A stretch of DNA of 26,752 nt. Origin: Chthoniobacteraceae bacterium. GTDB lineage: Bacteria > Verrucomicrobiota > Verrucomicrobiia > Chthoniobacterales > Chthoniobacteraceae. Each line of letters opens with the position of its first letter. Position 1 is the stretch's first letter. The notes beneath the pieces were generated by a model. The model was not told the origin of the DNA, searched no databases, and saw nothing but the letters and a program-made list of their open reading frames with translations. Both the position numbers and the translations under genes were made by a program. The stretch spans positions 1 to 26,752 of the forward strand of contig JBBCKI010000058.1 of assembly GCA_037190965.1 (NCBI GenBank), written 5' to 3'. Below, one piece after another: positions 16,420 to 25,903 of this stretch.

Positions 16420-17793
16420 CTAATCTCTCTCCGCGCCCGTCGATTTCGCGGGAACTGCCACCGCGTCCACGATTCGAAGTTGGGTGCAGAGTGTGTATCT
16501 CTCCCCGTTTCCGCCATTGGACTCGTATTCAAGCGCTGCGTAAAAGGCGATGGACCCGGTTGCGGGGCGATCCACAAGACCGAGGATCGCTTCTCCTTCC
16601 TGGCTCACCGGGCGTTTTTCCCACTTCGCTTCCCGGAAGTCATGCGTGGGGGATGCTGCGACCCAGAGGCTGGCCTCTTTCGGAGCGGGGGAGGAAACAA
16701 CGGAAAGGCGCGCGTTGCCCTCGGGTGTGTCCTCATGTTTCCAGGTGATCTTGGGGAAGGTCTTCCCGTTCAGTTCGGCGCGGACAAACGCGGCGATCGC
16801 GCCGATGGCGGCGTAAGGCGGCATTTTGGGTCCGTCGCCGAGTTGGACCAAATTATGGCCCGCATTGGGGACATAGTGAATCCACTTATCGCCTTTCAAG
16901 CCGTCCCAATACAGGTTAAGCGCGTCGGAGGCCCAGAAGGGGTCGTTGTTTCCGAGGACGATCAGTTTGGGCTGCGTGGTTTTTTCACGCAGCGAATAGG
17001 GATCGATCATTCTGAAAAGGTTCGATCTCTCTTCACTGGGCGGCAGGCTCAGGAGGGCGTGATAGTCTTTGGTGGCTGCACTCCAGCCGCCGCTTAGCGC
17101 GGTCTTCTGGTGCTTCATCTGGGCCTCGGTGTTGAGAATATCGATCACCATCGGCGCCAGCGCGACAACGCGGGAGTCGCTTCCCGCCGTAAGCCAGGTT
17201 GTCCATCCTCGCTTGGAGGCCCCGGTGACCACGAACTTGTCGATGCGGCCTCCCAGCTTTTGTTCGGAAAATTCGCCGACGGCGTCCATGGCCCGGACGG
17301 CGGCCTTCGTCATCGGGAAAAGGAGCGGCCAGGTGGCATCCTTGGTTTCCAAAAAGCGGTGGAGCGTATGAGCAATGAGCGCGTCCTCCCTGCGACCCTC
17401 CATGAGCGGCTGGTTGGGGACTTGCTTGAGAATGACGCATGGAACGCCGACGCTCTGCGCGAGCATTGTGCTGTAGAGAAGAGTGGCCGTTCCCGGTTTC
17501 TTGTCGAGGCTCCCCTGGCTTCCTCCGTCAATCAAAAGCAGCGCTGCGCCCGCCGGGGAGGGATTGGCCGGAGTGACAATGTAGAGGTTATGCTGCCATT
17601 GGACGCCCTGCCAGGTTTGCGAATGAAGCCGCAGTTCGTAAAGGGTGGCATCGGTCAGCTTGGTTTCGCCGAGCAGTTCCCAGCGATAGGAGGAATCCGG
17701 CTGCGCGAGGTACGCGGGCAAGTCGGCCCGCAAATGCGGGGCGACCCCCGAAAATAGCATGATAAGAAGAAAAGCCAGGAAGAGGGGGCGCAT
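16420..17793 (-). CDS. PhoPQ-activated pathogenicity-related protein PqaA family (alpha/beta hydrolase fold), secreted
   Basis: SQTWQG, QVPNQP, REDALIA, PMTKAAVRAMD, GASKRGWTTW, IDPYS, PNAGH. Signal peptide MRPLFLAFLL; start 17793 or 17802. Confidence 0.88.
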   Translation of the reverse strand: MRPLFLAFLLIMLFSGVAPHLRADLPAYLAQPDSSYRWELLGETKLTDATLYELRLHSQTWQGVQWQHNLYIVTPANPSPAGAALLLIDGGSQGSLDKKPGTATLLYSTMLAQSVGVPCVILKQVPNQPLMEGRREDALIAHTLHRFLETKDATWPLLFPMTKAAVRAMDAVGEFSEQKLGGRIDKFVVTGASKRGWTTWLTAGSDSRVVALAPMVIDILNTEAQMKHQKTALSGGWSAATKDYHALLSLPPSEERSNLFRMIDPYSLREKTTQPKLIVLGNNDPFWASDALNLYWDGLKGDKWIHYVPNAGHNLVQLGDGPKMPPYAAIGAIAAFVRAELNGKTFPKITWKHEDTPEGNARLSVVSSPAPKEASLWVAASPTHDFREAKWEKRPVSQEGEAILGLVDRPATGSIAFYAALEYESNGGNGERYTLCTQLRIVDAVAVPAKSTGAERD

Positions 17794-17959
17794 GGTTCTC
17801 ATATAAGGAAAATCGATCTTAAATTCAATCATGTCGGGCTTCCATTATACGCATGATTTGGGATGAAAGGTGGCATGGGATGAAGGACCCCGTTCCAGAC
17901 GGCTCGAGGAGATGTAAAATCCTCGCTTTCCGGGAGTTCCGCTGTTAGAGCCTCGATTT

Positions 17960-18979
17960 ATGCGATTGTTGATTACAGGGGGCTGCGGCTTCATCGGTTC
18001 CAATTTCATCCGTTACATCCTGGAGCATTACGGCCCTGCATTTGTGACAAACGTGGACGCCCTGACCTACGCGGGTTCTCTTTCGAATGTGACGGGTCTC
18101 GCGGAGAAGTACGGGGAGCGGTACGAGTTCTTCCATGCGGACATTGCCAGCGCCCAGCAGATGGAGGCGCTCATGCAGAAGCACCAGTTCTACGCGGTCG
18201 TCAATTTTGCCGCCGAGAGTCATGTGGATCGCTCGATCAACTCGCCGCAGAACTTCATCCACTCCAACGTCGCCGGGATGAGCGTGATCCTCGATCTGGC
18301 CCGTCGCCATGGCATCAAGCGCTTTGTGCAGATCTCCACCGACGAGGTCTATGGATCGCTGGGGCCGGAGGGGCGTTTCACCGAAACGACGACGCTCGAC
18401 CCGAGTTCCCCATATTCGGCCAGCAAGGCCGGGGCCGATCTTCTCGCCCTCGCGTTCCAGAGAACGTTCGGGCAGGAGGTGGTCATCGTTCGCTCGTCCA
18501 ATAACTACGGCCCATACCAGTTCCCGGAGAAATTGATCCCCCTGATGATCATCAAGGCGCTGCGCGGGGAACGCCTGCCGGTTTACGGGGATGGGCTCAA
18601 CGTGCGCGACTGGATTCACGTGGAGGATTTCTGCCGCGCCGTCTTCGCAGTGCTGCTGGAGGGAAAACCGGGCGAAATTTATAACGTCGGCGGCGATGGC
18701 GAGATGCGAAATATCGACGTCGTGAAAATGATTCTCGCGCATTTGAAGCAGCCGGAGAGTTTGATCGAGTATGTCCCCGATCGTCCCGGGCATGACCGGC
18801 GCTATGCCATGGACTGGGGCAAGATTCACCGCGAACTCGGCTGGAAGCCGCTGCACCGGCCCGCGGGAGGGATTGGCTCGACCATCGACTGGTATGTGCG
18901 CAATCAGGCGTGGTGGGAGGCGCTTCTGAAACCGGGAAGCGGAGACCGAAGACCGGAGAGAAAGGAGACCGATCTTTGA
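17960..18979 (+). CDS. rfbB: dTDP-glucose 4,6-dehydratase
   Basis: TGGCGFIGSNF, NFAAESHVDRSI, STDEVYG, PYSASKA, NNYGPYQFPEKLIP, DRPGHDRRY. Confidence 0.97.
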   Translation: MRLLITGGCGFIGSNFIRYILEHYGPAFVTNVDALTYAGSLSNVTGLAEKYGERYEFFHADIASAQQMEALMQKHQFYAVVNFAAESHVDRSINSPQNFIHSNVAGMSVILDLARRHGIKRFVQISTDEVYGSLGPEGRFTETTTLDPSSPYSASKAGADLLALAFQRTFGQEVVIVRSSNNYGPYQFPEKLIPLMIIKALRGERLPVYGDGLNVRDWIHVEDFCRAVFAVLLEGKPGEIYNVGGDGEMRNIDVVKMILAHLKQPESLIEYVPDRPGHDRRYAMDWGKIHRELGWKPLHRPAGGIGSTIDWYVRNQAWWEALLKPGSGDRRPERKETDL

Positions 18980-19869
18980 GGCTGGTGGTTCTCGGGAGTG
19001 GCGGCCGGGTGGGCGCGGCGATGGCGCGCGTCTATGCCGGGGAGATGGAGGTCTTCGCGTTCAGCCGGCAACAGCTTGATCTTGCTTCGGAGGCTGCCTT
19101 GGAAACGACGCTGGGCGAGCTTGAATTTGAGGCACTGGTCAATTGCGCGGCCTCGACCAGCCCGGACTATTGCGAGACGCACGAAGAGGAGGCCTTCGCC
19201 GTCAACGCCCGCGCCGTTCGCAGGATCGCCGAAATTTGCAGCCGCAAGCGGGCCCGATGCATTCATTTGAGCACCGATTACGTTTTCGACGGAATCAAGT
19301 CGTGCGACTATACCGAGGAGGATGCCGCCACGCCGATCAATGTCTACGGACGGTCCAAACGGCAGGGCGAACTGGAGCTTTTGTCGGTCTCCGAAGATCA
19401 TCTGGCGGTGCGCGTTTCGTGGGTCTTCGGCCCGGATCGCCCCGGGTTTGTGGAGCAGTTGCTCAAGCGCGCCATTGAGGGAACTGGGGGTGCGGGGCCT
19501 CTTGCCGCCGTGGGGGACAAATGGTCGGTGCCGACCTCCGTTTTCGACATAATCGCGGGGGTGCGCCCGTTCCTGCGGGAAATTCCTGTCGGTGGCGTGT
19601 TGCACCTGACACAAGGCGGTGGCGCGTGTACCTGGCAGGAATACGGGCAATTTGCGCTCGACTGCGCCGCGCGCGCCGGAGTGCCGTTAAAGGCGGACAA
19701 GGTCGCCAGGCAGTCCCTTGACGAGATCGCCGCGTTTGTCGCCAAGCGGCCTGTCTATACGGCGATGGCGACGAATCGGATCACGGCTCTCACGGGACGC
19801 CCCATGCGCTCGTGGCAGGAGGCGTTGGAAGAATACGTGCGCCGGTATTACGGAGCGGCTTACGCCTGA
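18976..19869 (+). CDS. rfbD: dTDP-4-dehydrorhamnose reductase
   Basis: LGSGGRVG, NCAA, HLSTDYVFDG, YGRSK. TTG start overlaps the rfbB TGA, with AAGGAG RBS at 18962-18967. Confidence 0.9.
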   Translation: MRLVVLGSGGRVGAAMARVYAGEMEVFAFSRQQLDLASEAALETTLGELEFEALVNCAASTSPDYCETHEEEAFAVNARAVRRIAEICSRKRARCIHLSTDYVFDGIKSCDYTEEDAATPINVYGRSKRQGELELLSVSEDHLAVRVSWVFGPDRPGFVEQLLKRAIEGTGGAGPLAAVGDKWSVPTSVFDIIAGVRPFLREIPVGGVLHLTQGGGACTWQEYGQFALDCAARAGVPLKADKVARQSLDEIAAFVAKRPVYTAMATNRITALTGRPMRSWQEALEEYVRRYYGAAYA

Positions 19870-20240
19870 TTGGGCGCCGGATTGCCTGTTTTTTCCTCCG
19901 GCAGCGGCAGGCGGGGAGCATCGCCCCAGAAGTTTTCCAGGCTGTAGAACTCCCGCTTCGACTGGTGGAAGATGTGGACCACGACGCTGCCGTAGTCGAT
20001 CACGATCCATTGGCTCAGCGGGCGGCCATCCACGGCATTGGGCCGGACATCCTTCTCCTTGCGGACGGTGTCCTCGATCTCCCCGGCAATCGCCTTGAGT
20101 TGCGGCTCCGAAGTGGCCGAGCAGATGACGAAAAAGTCGGTGAATGTCGAGATGCCACGCATGTCGAGCGCCACAATGTCCACGGCTTGTTTCGAGGCGG
20201 CGGCTTTGGCGCAAAGCGCTGCTAATTCTTCGGAGGTCAT
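19860..20240 (-). CDS. rsfS: Ribosome silencing factor (Iojap/RsfS)
   Basis: K.A.DIVALD, DFFVICS, WIVIDYGSVVVHIF...REFYSLENFW. Confidence 0.95.
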   Translation of the reverse strand: MTSEELAALCAKAAASKQAVDIVALDMRGISTFTDFFVICSATSEPQLKAIAGEIEDTVRKEKDVRPNAVDGRPLSQWIVIDYGSVVVHIFHQSKREFYSLENFWGDAPRLPLPEEKTGNPAPNQA

Positions 20241-20797
20241 GATTGATAAAGTTGGTGGCGGATCAACAGGTCGTGGACTTGCTCCGGGACGAAATAACGG
20301 ATCGAAGAGCCGTTGGCAATGCGGTTGCGTACCTCCGTGGCGGAAATGTCGACGCGCCGCCGGAGCGTGATGTAGGGCAGGGGGGCCTCCTGCTCATGCC
20401 GCGCGAGGACGACGAAGGTGACGAGGTGGTGCAACTCGTCGATGCGCCGCCAGGTGTGCAGTTCCTGCACGTTGTCCTGGCCGATCAGGTAATAAAACGC
20501 GGTGCCCGCGCCGTAGCGCTCCCGCATCGCGAGGATGGTGTCGATGGTGTAGGAGGTGCCCGAACGCTCAAGCTCGGACTCCTCGATGTCGAAGCGGGGC
20601 TCATCCGCGATGGCGGCCCGGATCATCTCCGCGCGAAGGCGCGGCGGCGCGGGCTGCGTGGCGATTTTGTGCGGGGAGATGGCGTTGGGGATGAAGAAAA
20701 GACGATCCAGCCCGAGCGACTCCACGGCATCCCGCGCGAGGATCAGGTGCCCGTTGTGAATCGGGTCGAAGGTGCCTCCGTAAAATCCGAGCTTCAT
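20237..20797 (-). CDS. nadD: Nicotinate-nucleotide adenylyltransferase
   Basis: GFYGGTFDPIHNGH, SPHK, SYTIDT, LIGQD, ISATEVR; ATGA overlap with rsfS. Confidence 0.96.
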   Translation of the reverse strand: MKLGFYGGTFDPIHNGHLILARDAVESLGLDRLFFIPNAISPHKIATQPAPPRLRAEMIRAAIADEPRFDIEESELERSGTSYTIDTILAMRERYGAGTAFYYLIGQDNVQELHTWRRIDELHHLVTFVVLARHEQEAPLPYITLRRRVDISATEVRNRIANGSSIRYFVPEQVHDLLIRHQLYQS

Positions 20798-20816
20798 GAG
20801 ATGGGGGATGGTGCGG

Positions 20817-22019
20817 TCAGTAGAGAAGGAACGGCTTCCGTTCAGCCGAGAACCGGGTGTTATGGATCGCCCAGGCCCCGATGATCCGGCTTGGCGGGGT
20901 GCCCTTTTCGATGGCCGCGCGGATCGAATCGCTCCCGTAGCATTTGTAGAAGATGTCGTACCGGGCCGGGGGATGGGCGAAAAGGCTGCGCGGGGCGGCC
21001 TTCTGGGCGGCGGACAGGACGTAAACGTTCAAGGCGCTCAGCGGGGTGACATGGTTGGGCTCAATGTGGAAGGTGGCTCCCTGGAAGCCATCTTTGGCAT
21101 ACGGCGAGAACGTCACGCCGGGCAGGTCGAGCGAGGTGAGGTAATTCGTGAAGCCCGCGGCTCGCAAATGCTTTGTCGCCGCATACTGGAACGGCTTGGG
21201 ACCGCCGCAACCGAGATCGAACCCGGGAATCGCCCCGGCAAGCCCGGTGGCCGCGTAGTAGAAGGGCGAGTTTGAATAGGGAATGTTGGGAGAGGTGGCG
21301 ATCCAGCGCAGCCCCGTCTGGTTCCAGGTCATGTTGCGCCGCCAGCCGCGCATGTTGACCACCGTGAGCCGGCAACGCGGCTGCGTCCACCCTTTGGCGT
21401 TGGCCATCTGGGCCAGTTCCCCCGCCGTCATGCCGTGGCAGTACGGCACGGGGAGTTGCCCGACAAAGGAAATCCAGCGGTTTTCAATGGGAGGGCCTTC
21501 CACGCGGAGACCGCCGAGCGGGTTGGGGCGGTCGAGCACGACGAACGCGATGCCGTTCTCCCCGGCGGCTTCCATGCACTTGGCCATGGTGGAGATGTAG
21601 GTGTAGGAACGGCTGCCGATATCCTGCATGTCGTAGACAAGAGTATCGATGCCCTGAAGCATTTCGGGCGTCGGCTTGCGGGTGGGGCCGTAGAGGGAGT
21701 GGACCGTCAACCCGGTCAGCGGGTCTTTGCGGCTGGGGACGTATTTCCCGGCAAGGATGGTGCCGTCGAGCCCGTGTTCAGGGGCGAAAAGGGCGACCAG
21801 GCGGACGTTTTTGGCGTCGTGCAGGAGCTTGCGGGTCTTGATCCCCCGGGAGTTGATGCCGGTGTGATTGGTCACCAGCCCCACCCGTTTCCCCTTGAGA
21901 ATTGCGAAGCCGTCGCGTTCGAGCACGTCGATCCCGAGTTCCACCTGGGCTTTGGCCACTGGGGACACCAGGGCTGTGAACACGAAAAGGAGCAGCGCAA
22001 GAAGAGCGGAGGATTTCAT
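20817..22019 (-). CDS. namZ: Exo-beta-N-acetylmuramidase NamZ family (DUF1343/YbbC), secreted
   Basis: GKRVGLVTNHTG, LFAPEHG, SLYG, DMQDIGSRSYTYISTM, LDRPNP, HGMTAGELA, TSPNIP; signal peptide MKSSALLALL. Confidence 0.9.
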   Translation of the reverse strand: MKSSALLALLLFVFTALVSPVAKAQVELGIDVLERDGFAILKGKRVGLVTNHTGINSRGIKTRKLLHDAKNVRLVALFAPEHGLDGTILAGKYVPSRKDPLTGLTVHSLYGPTRKPTPEMLQGIDTLVYDMQDIGSRSYTYISTMAKCMEAAGENGIAFVVLDRPNPLGGLRVEGPPIENRWISFVGQLPVPYCHGMTAGELAQMANAKGWTQPRCRLTVVNMRGWRRNMTWNQTGLRWIATSPNIPYSNSPFYYAATGLAGAIPGFDLGCGGPKPFQYAATKHLRAAGFTNYLTSLDLPGVTFSPYAKDGFQGATFHIEPNHVTPLSALNVYVLSAAQKAAPRSLFAHPPARYDIFYKCYGSDSIRAAIEKGTPPSRIIGAWAIHNTRFSAERKPFLLY

Positions 22020-22074
22020 GGAATTCGTTAATTTCGTTTGATTCAAAGGCGCAAAATCTTAGCGTATCGATGGT

Positions 22075-23175
22075 ATGGAGCCATCAACTATCGGTCAACT
22101 CCTGCTCTCGGGCGTTCCCGGCCCGGAGCTGGACTCGGAGAGCGCAGCCCTGTTTCGGCGGGTGCAACCGGGCGGGTTTATTTTGTTCGGGCGCAACATT
22201 AAATCGCCCGCGCAACTTCGCAAGTTGATCGATGATTTGCGGGATCTTTCCCCTATGGAGCCGATCATCACCATCGACCAGGAGGGAGGGCGCGTTTCCC
22301 GGCTCCGGGAGATCGGCTCCGAACCGCCCAACGCCCAGCAGCTTCGGGACAAGGGGGATCGCGAGTTGATTCTTCGCCACGGGCACATCACCGGGCGGCT
22401 GCTACGGCTCTTTGGCTTCAATCTCGACCTCTGCCCCGTGCTCGACATCTCCTTCGACGATGAGGCCGACAATTCCCTGCGGGGCCGCTGCTACGGGAAG
22501 AACGTGGCGCAGGTGATCGACTTTGCCGGGGCCTTCAACGAAGGGCTGCGCGCGGAGGGGATCGCCAGTTGCGGCAAGCACTTCCCCGGCTATTCGCGTT
22601 GCCCGGTGGACGCCCACCATGAGCTTCCGCAGGTCAACCTCACCCGCGCCGAACTCGATGAGCACGAACTCGCCGTCTTCCGCCATTTTGCCGACAAGGT
22701 CGACAGCATGATGATCGGTCATGCATTTTACCCGTCTCTGGTCAGCGAACGTATCCCGACGTCTCTCTCCCCACGGATCATCTCCGGCATCCTGCGCGAG
22801 GAATTCAAGTTCCGCGGCCTTGTCATGACCGACGACCTCGACATGGGCGCGATCCTCAACGACTTCGGGCTTGAAGAGACGATCCGCATGGCGATCACCG
22901 CCGGGAACGATCTCGCCATGATTTGTCACCGCCTCCAGTGCGTGGAGGAAGCGCACGGGTATCTCGGGAAATTGCCGAAAGCCGATCTCGACCGCGCGCT
23001 GGAATCGGTCGCACGATTCAAGTCACGCCTCACGCCGCCGGATGCATTCAGCGAAGAGGAATTCCGGAAGCGCGATGCGGAGGTGTATCAACTGCGTGTT
23101 GATACTCTCGGGGAAGAAGAGGCCAAAAAGCGCAGCCCGGAGAACGGGAAACGGTCGCCGGTGGAGACGTATTAG
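22075..23175 (+). CDS. nagZ: GH3 beta-N-acetylhexosaminidase
   Basis: GGFILFGRN, IDQEGGRVSRL, PVLD, KHFPG...DAH, MTDDLDMGAI. Confidence 0.9.
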   Translation: MEPSTIGQLLLSGVPGPELDSESAALFRRVQPGGFILFGRNIKSPAQLRKLIDDLRDLSPMEPIITIDQEGGRVSRLREIGSEPPNAQQLRDKGDRELILRHGHITGRLLRLFGFNLDLCPVLDISFDDEADNSLRGRCYGKNVAQVIDFAGAFNEGLRAEGIASCGKHFPGYSRCPVDAHHELPQVNLTRAELDEHELAVFRHFADKVDSMMIGHAFYPSLVSERIPTSLSPRIISGILREEFKFRGLVMTDDLDMGAILNDFGLEETIRMAITAGNDLAMICHRLQCVEEAHGYLGKLPKADLDRALESVARFKSRLTPPDAFSEEEFRKRDAEVYQLRVDTLGEEEAKKRSPENGKRSPVETY

Positions 23176-23272
23176 GCGGTGATAGCTTCTCGGGGGCTGT
23201 TTGGTTCCTCGCTGTTTCCAGTGGATAGGTCCGAGCTGGAAATTTGACTAACCACCGACTGTGGACGCCCGG

Positions 23273-23421
23273 GGTAGACCGCTCTCGCCGAGAGCGCGGG
23301 ATCGGTGACGAGTCGCATTCGGCGTCCATCCCCGCAGGACGACGGGCTGCTTGTATTGGGATGAGGCCTTCATGAAGCTACGGGAGTCTAACCCCGCGCT
23401 CGACGGCGCGAGCGTGCTACC
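23273..23421 (+). repeat. GTAG-ended REPIN/MITE-like element, copy 3
   Basis: GGTAGACCGCTCTCGCCGAGAGCGCG ... CGCGCTCGACGGCGCGAGCGTGCTACC, followed by hairpin GGTGC-TGCC-GCACC. Confidence 0.9.
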
Positions 23422-23597
23422 GGTGCTGCCGCACCATTCTTCGTTTTGTAACTTCCCCGTCATGCACCCCGTGTGATCCACCATCGAGCTATTGCTGACG
23501 CCCTTGGATTCCACCGAGAACAGCGAAGAACCGTTGCCGATTTGACCGGTGATCTCTGACTCCCATTTTTCTGCTTGTTGACGAAAAGCGCTCGTTT

Positions 23598-23614
23598 ATA
23601 TCGTATCGCGATAT
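23598..23614. promoter_or_regulatory. Candidate MarR operator ATATCG-N5-CGATAT overlapping a likely -10 element
   Basis: ATATCGTATCGCGATAT about 50 nt upstream of the marR ATG; TTGTTG/TTGACG at 23575-23583 and TATCGT at 23599-23604. Confidence 0.6.
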
Positions 23615-23663
23615 TTCTACGCTTCTCTCGGCACTCCCGCCTTGAGTTTGGTGGGACATTTGC

Positions 23664-24122
23664 ATGAGAAAAAATTCTTCTTCATCGCGCCTCCGTAAGG
23701 AGGACTACGAGCTCCTGGCGGAGTTCCGCTATACCTTGCGCCGTTTTCTACGGTTCAGCGAACAGGCGGCTGCGGAGCATGATCTGACGCCGCAACAATA
23801 TCAGGCGCTCCTTGCCATCGAGGGGTTTCCCGGTCGCAATCACGTCACGGTGGGCGAACTGGCGGAGCGCTTGCAGGTTGAGCATCATAGCACCGTGGGG
23901 CTGGTGGACCGGCTGGAGAATGCGGGGCTGGTGCGCCGCACGCCGTCCCCTGAGGACGGGCGGAAGGTATCGGTATCGCTTCTGCCGCGAGGGCTTCGCC
24001 TGCTGGAGAAGGTCTACCGCCTGCATCGCAATGAGTTGAAATCTGTCGGCCCGCATCTTACCACGCTCCTCCGCAAGGCTGCCGAAGCAATTCCAGGAGA
24101 AACAGAATCGGAGGAAGAATGA
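23664..24122 (+). CDS. MarR family transcriptional regulator
   Basis: LTPQQYQALL, TVGELAERL, LVDRLENAGLVRR...DGRKV winged HTH. Confidence 0.93.
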   Translation: MRKNSSSSRLRKEDYELLAEFRYTLRRFLRFSEQAAAEHDLTPQQYQALLAIEGFPGRNHVTVGELAERLQVEHHSTVGLVDRLENAGLVRRTPSPEDGRKVSVSLLPRGLRLLEKVYRLHRNELKSVGPHLTTLLRKAAEAIPGETESEEE

Positions 24123-25900
24123 GCCGAGGCCAAACACAACGGTTGATCCTCATTTCCCTGGCTGCCATTCCTCTGGGAGTGGCGATGTCGGGTGTGGCGG
24201 TGCTGTTAACGCACTTGATCGACTTTTTTACCAACCTGTTCTTCTTCGGGAAGCTCTCGCTCACGCCTGCTTCCCCGGCCGCCAACCAGCTTGGTCCGTG
24301 GGTTGTTTTTATCCCGGCGGTGGGCGGGTTAATCGTGGGAGTGATGGCCCGGTTCGGTTCCAAGGCGATCCGGGGGCACGGCATCCCGGAGGCGATGGAG
24401 CAGATTCTTGAAAACAAAAGCCGGATTCCGGCTCGCATGACCTGGCTCAAGCCGCTTTCCGCCGCTGTTTCCATCGGGACGGGCGGTCCCTTCGGCGCGG
24501 AGGGACCGATCATCGCGACCGGTGGGGCGGGCGGGTCGCTGCTTGGGCAACTCTTCAGCACAACGGCATCGGAGCGGAAAACGCTCCTGGCCGTTGGGGC
24601 GGCGGCGGGAATGTCGGCGACTTTCAACTGCCCGGTAGCCTCCGTGCTGCTGGCAATCGAGTTATTGCTCTTCGAGTTCAAACCGCGCTCGTTCATTCCC
24701 GTGGCGTTGGCGAGTGTAGTGGCCGCCAGCAGCCGAAGCTTTTGGGGCCTTTCCCAGACGGTTTTTGCCATGCCACCCATTGCGCCCGTGAGCCTCGGGG
24801 AACTCTCCTTTTATCTCGGGTTGGGGGTGGCCGTGGGAGCGCTCGCGGTGGCGATCACCAAGGCGGTTTACTATGTCGAGGACAAGTTCGAACATCTCCC
24901 TGTTCACTGGATGTGGTGGCCCGCCATCGGTGCGTTGGGGGTTGGGGCTGTCGGGTTTTTCGAGCCACGCACGCTCGGTGTCGGCTATTCGAACATTGGC
25001 GATATCCTCAATGTTTCGCTTCCGCTGGCGGTCGTCGCCGCGCTCTGCACTTTGAAGTTTCTCTCCTGGTCAATCGCCCTGGGAAGCGGCACGTCAGGCG
25101 GCACGCTGGCGCCGCTTCTGACCTTCGGGAGCGGAACGGGCTTGCTTCTGGGCGCTGCGGCCTCCGGCGTGATGCCGTTCCTGCATATCCAGCCACATCT
25201 CGCCGCTCTTGTCGGGATGGCCGCTCTTTTTGCGGGCGCTTCCCAGGCATTGCTCGCTTCTGTCGTGTTTGCCTGCGAAACGACGGGTCATGTGCAGGCG
25301 CTCCTGCCATTGTTGGGAGGCTGCTCCGTGGCATTGATGACGGCGCGGTTGCTTTCGAAGAACTCCATCATGTCGGAAAAAATCGTCCGGCGCGGAGTCT
25401 CCGTTCCTTCCCAGTATGAGGCGGATGTCTATGCGCACATGACGGTCGGCCAGGTGATGGAAACCGACGCGCAGGTGATTTCCGCCGAAACGCCCGCGAG
25501 GGAACTGCTGGCGAGAATTGCCGCCCACGATCCCACGGTCTCTCGCCGCCATGCTTATCTTTTGACTGACGCCGCCGGAAACCTGACAGGAATTGTCACC
25601 CGGGGCGATCTTATCAAGGCGGCGGAATCCCTGGCGTTGGATGGGGCGGTGCTTGCGCTTGGAAATGCAAACCTCGTCGTGACGTATCCCGATGAAACGC
25701 TGCACACCGCCATCGAGAAGCTCTTGCAGCATGAAATCGGACGTCTTCCCGTGGTTCGACGCGATGCGCCGACCCGTTTGATCGGCTATTTAAGCCGGGC
25801 TGCGATTCTCTCTGCCCGTGGAAAGGTGATCCGGGAGGAATCGCATCGGGAGCCGGGGTGGCTGGAATCCAAATTTGAGGAGACTGCAAAGTCTGGATAA
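24119..25900 (+). CDS. CLC-family chloride channel/transporter with two CBS domains
   Basis: GHGIPE, GGPFGAEGP, GAAAGMSATFNCP, GTSGGTLAP; CBS segments TGIVTRGDL and GRLPVV. ATGA overlap with marR. Confidence 0.93.
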   Translation: MSRGQTQRLILISLAAIPLGVAMSGVAVLLTHLIDFFTNLFFFGKLSLTPASPAANQLGPWVVFIPAVGGLIVGVMARFGSKAIRGHGIPEAMEQILENKSRIPARMTWLKPLSAAVSIGTGGPFGAEGPIIATGGAGGSLLGQLFSTTASERKTLLAVGAAAGMSATFNCPVASVLLAIELLLFEFKPRSFIPVALASVVAASSRSFWGLSQTVFAMPPIAPVSLGELSFYLGLGVAVGALAVAITKAVYYVEDKFEHLPVHWMWWPAIGALGVGAVGFFEPRTLGVGYSNIGDILNVSLPLAVVAALCTLKFLSWSIALGSGTSGGTLAPLLTFGSGTGLLLGAAASGVMPFLHIQPHLAALVGMAALFAGASQALLASVVFACETTGHVQALLPLLGGCSVALMTARLLSKNSIMSEKIVRRGVSVPSQYEADVYAHMTVGQVMETDAQVISAETPARELLARIAAHDPTVSRRHAYLLTDAAGNLTGIVTRGDLIKAAESLALDGAVLALGNANLVVTYPDETLHTAIEKLLQHEIGRLPVVRRDAPTRLIGYLSRAAILSARGKVIREESHREPGWLESKFEETAKSG

Positions 25901-25903
25901 CTT

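Noticed and set aside
2583..23421. Repeat copies as a CRISPR array
   Set aside because: Dispersed over kilobases in both orientations, no regular spacers, no cas genes.
23422..23663. Fluoride riboswitch upstream of the CLC operon
   Set aside because: No GGCGATGG...TGATG-type consensus arrangement, and the CLC lacks CLC-F motifs.
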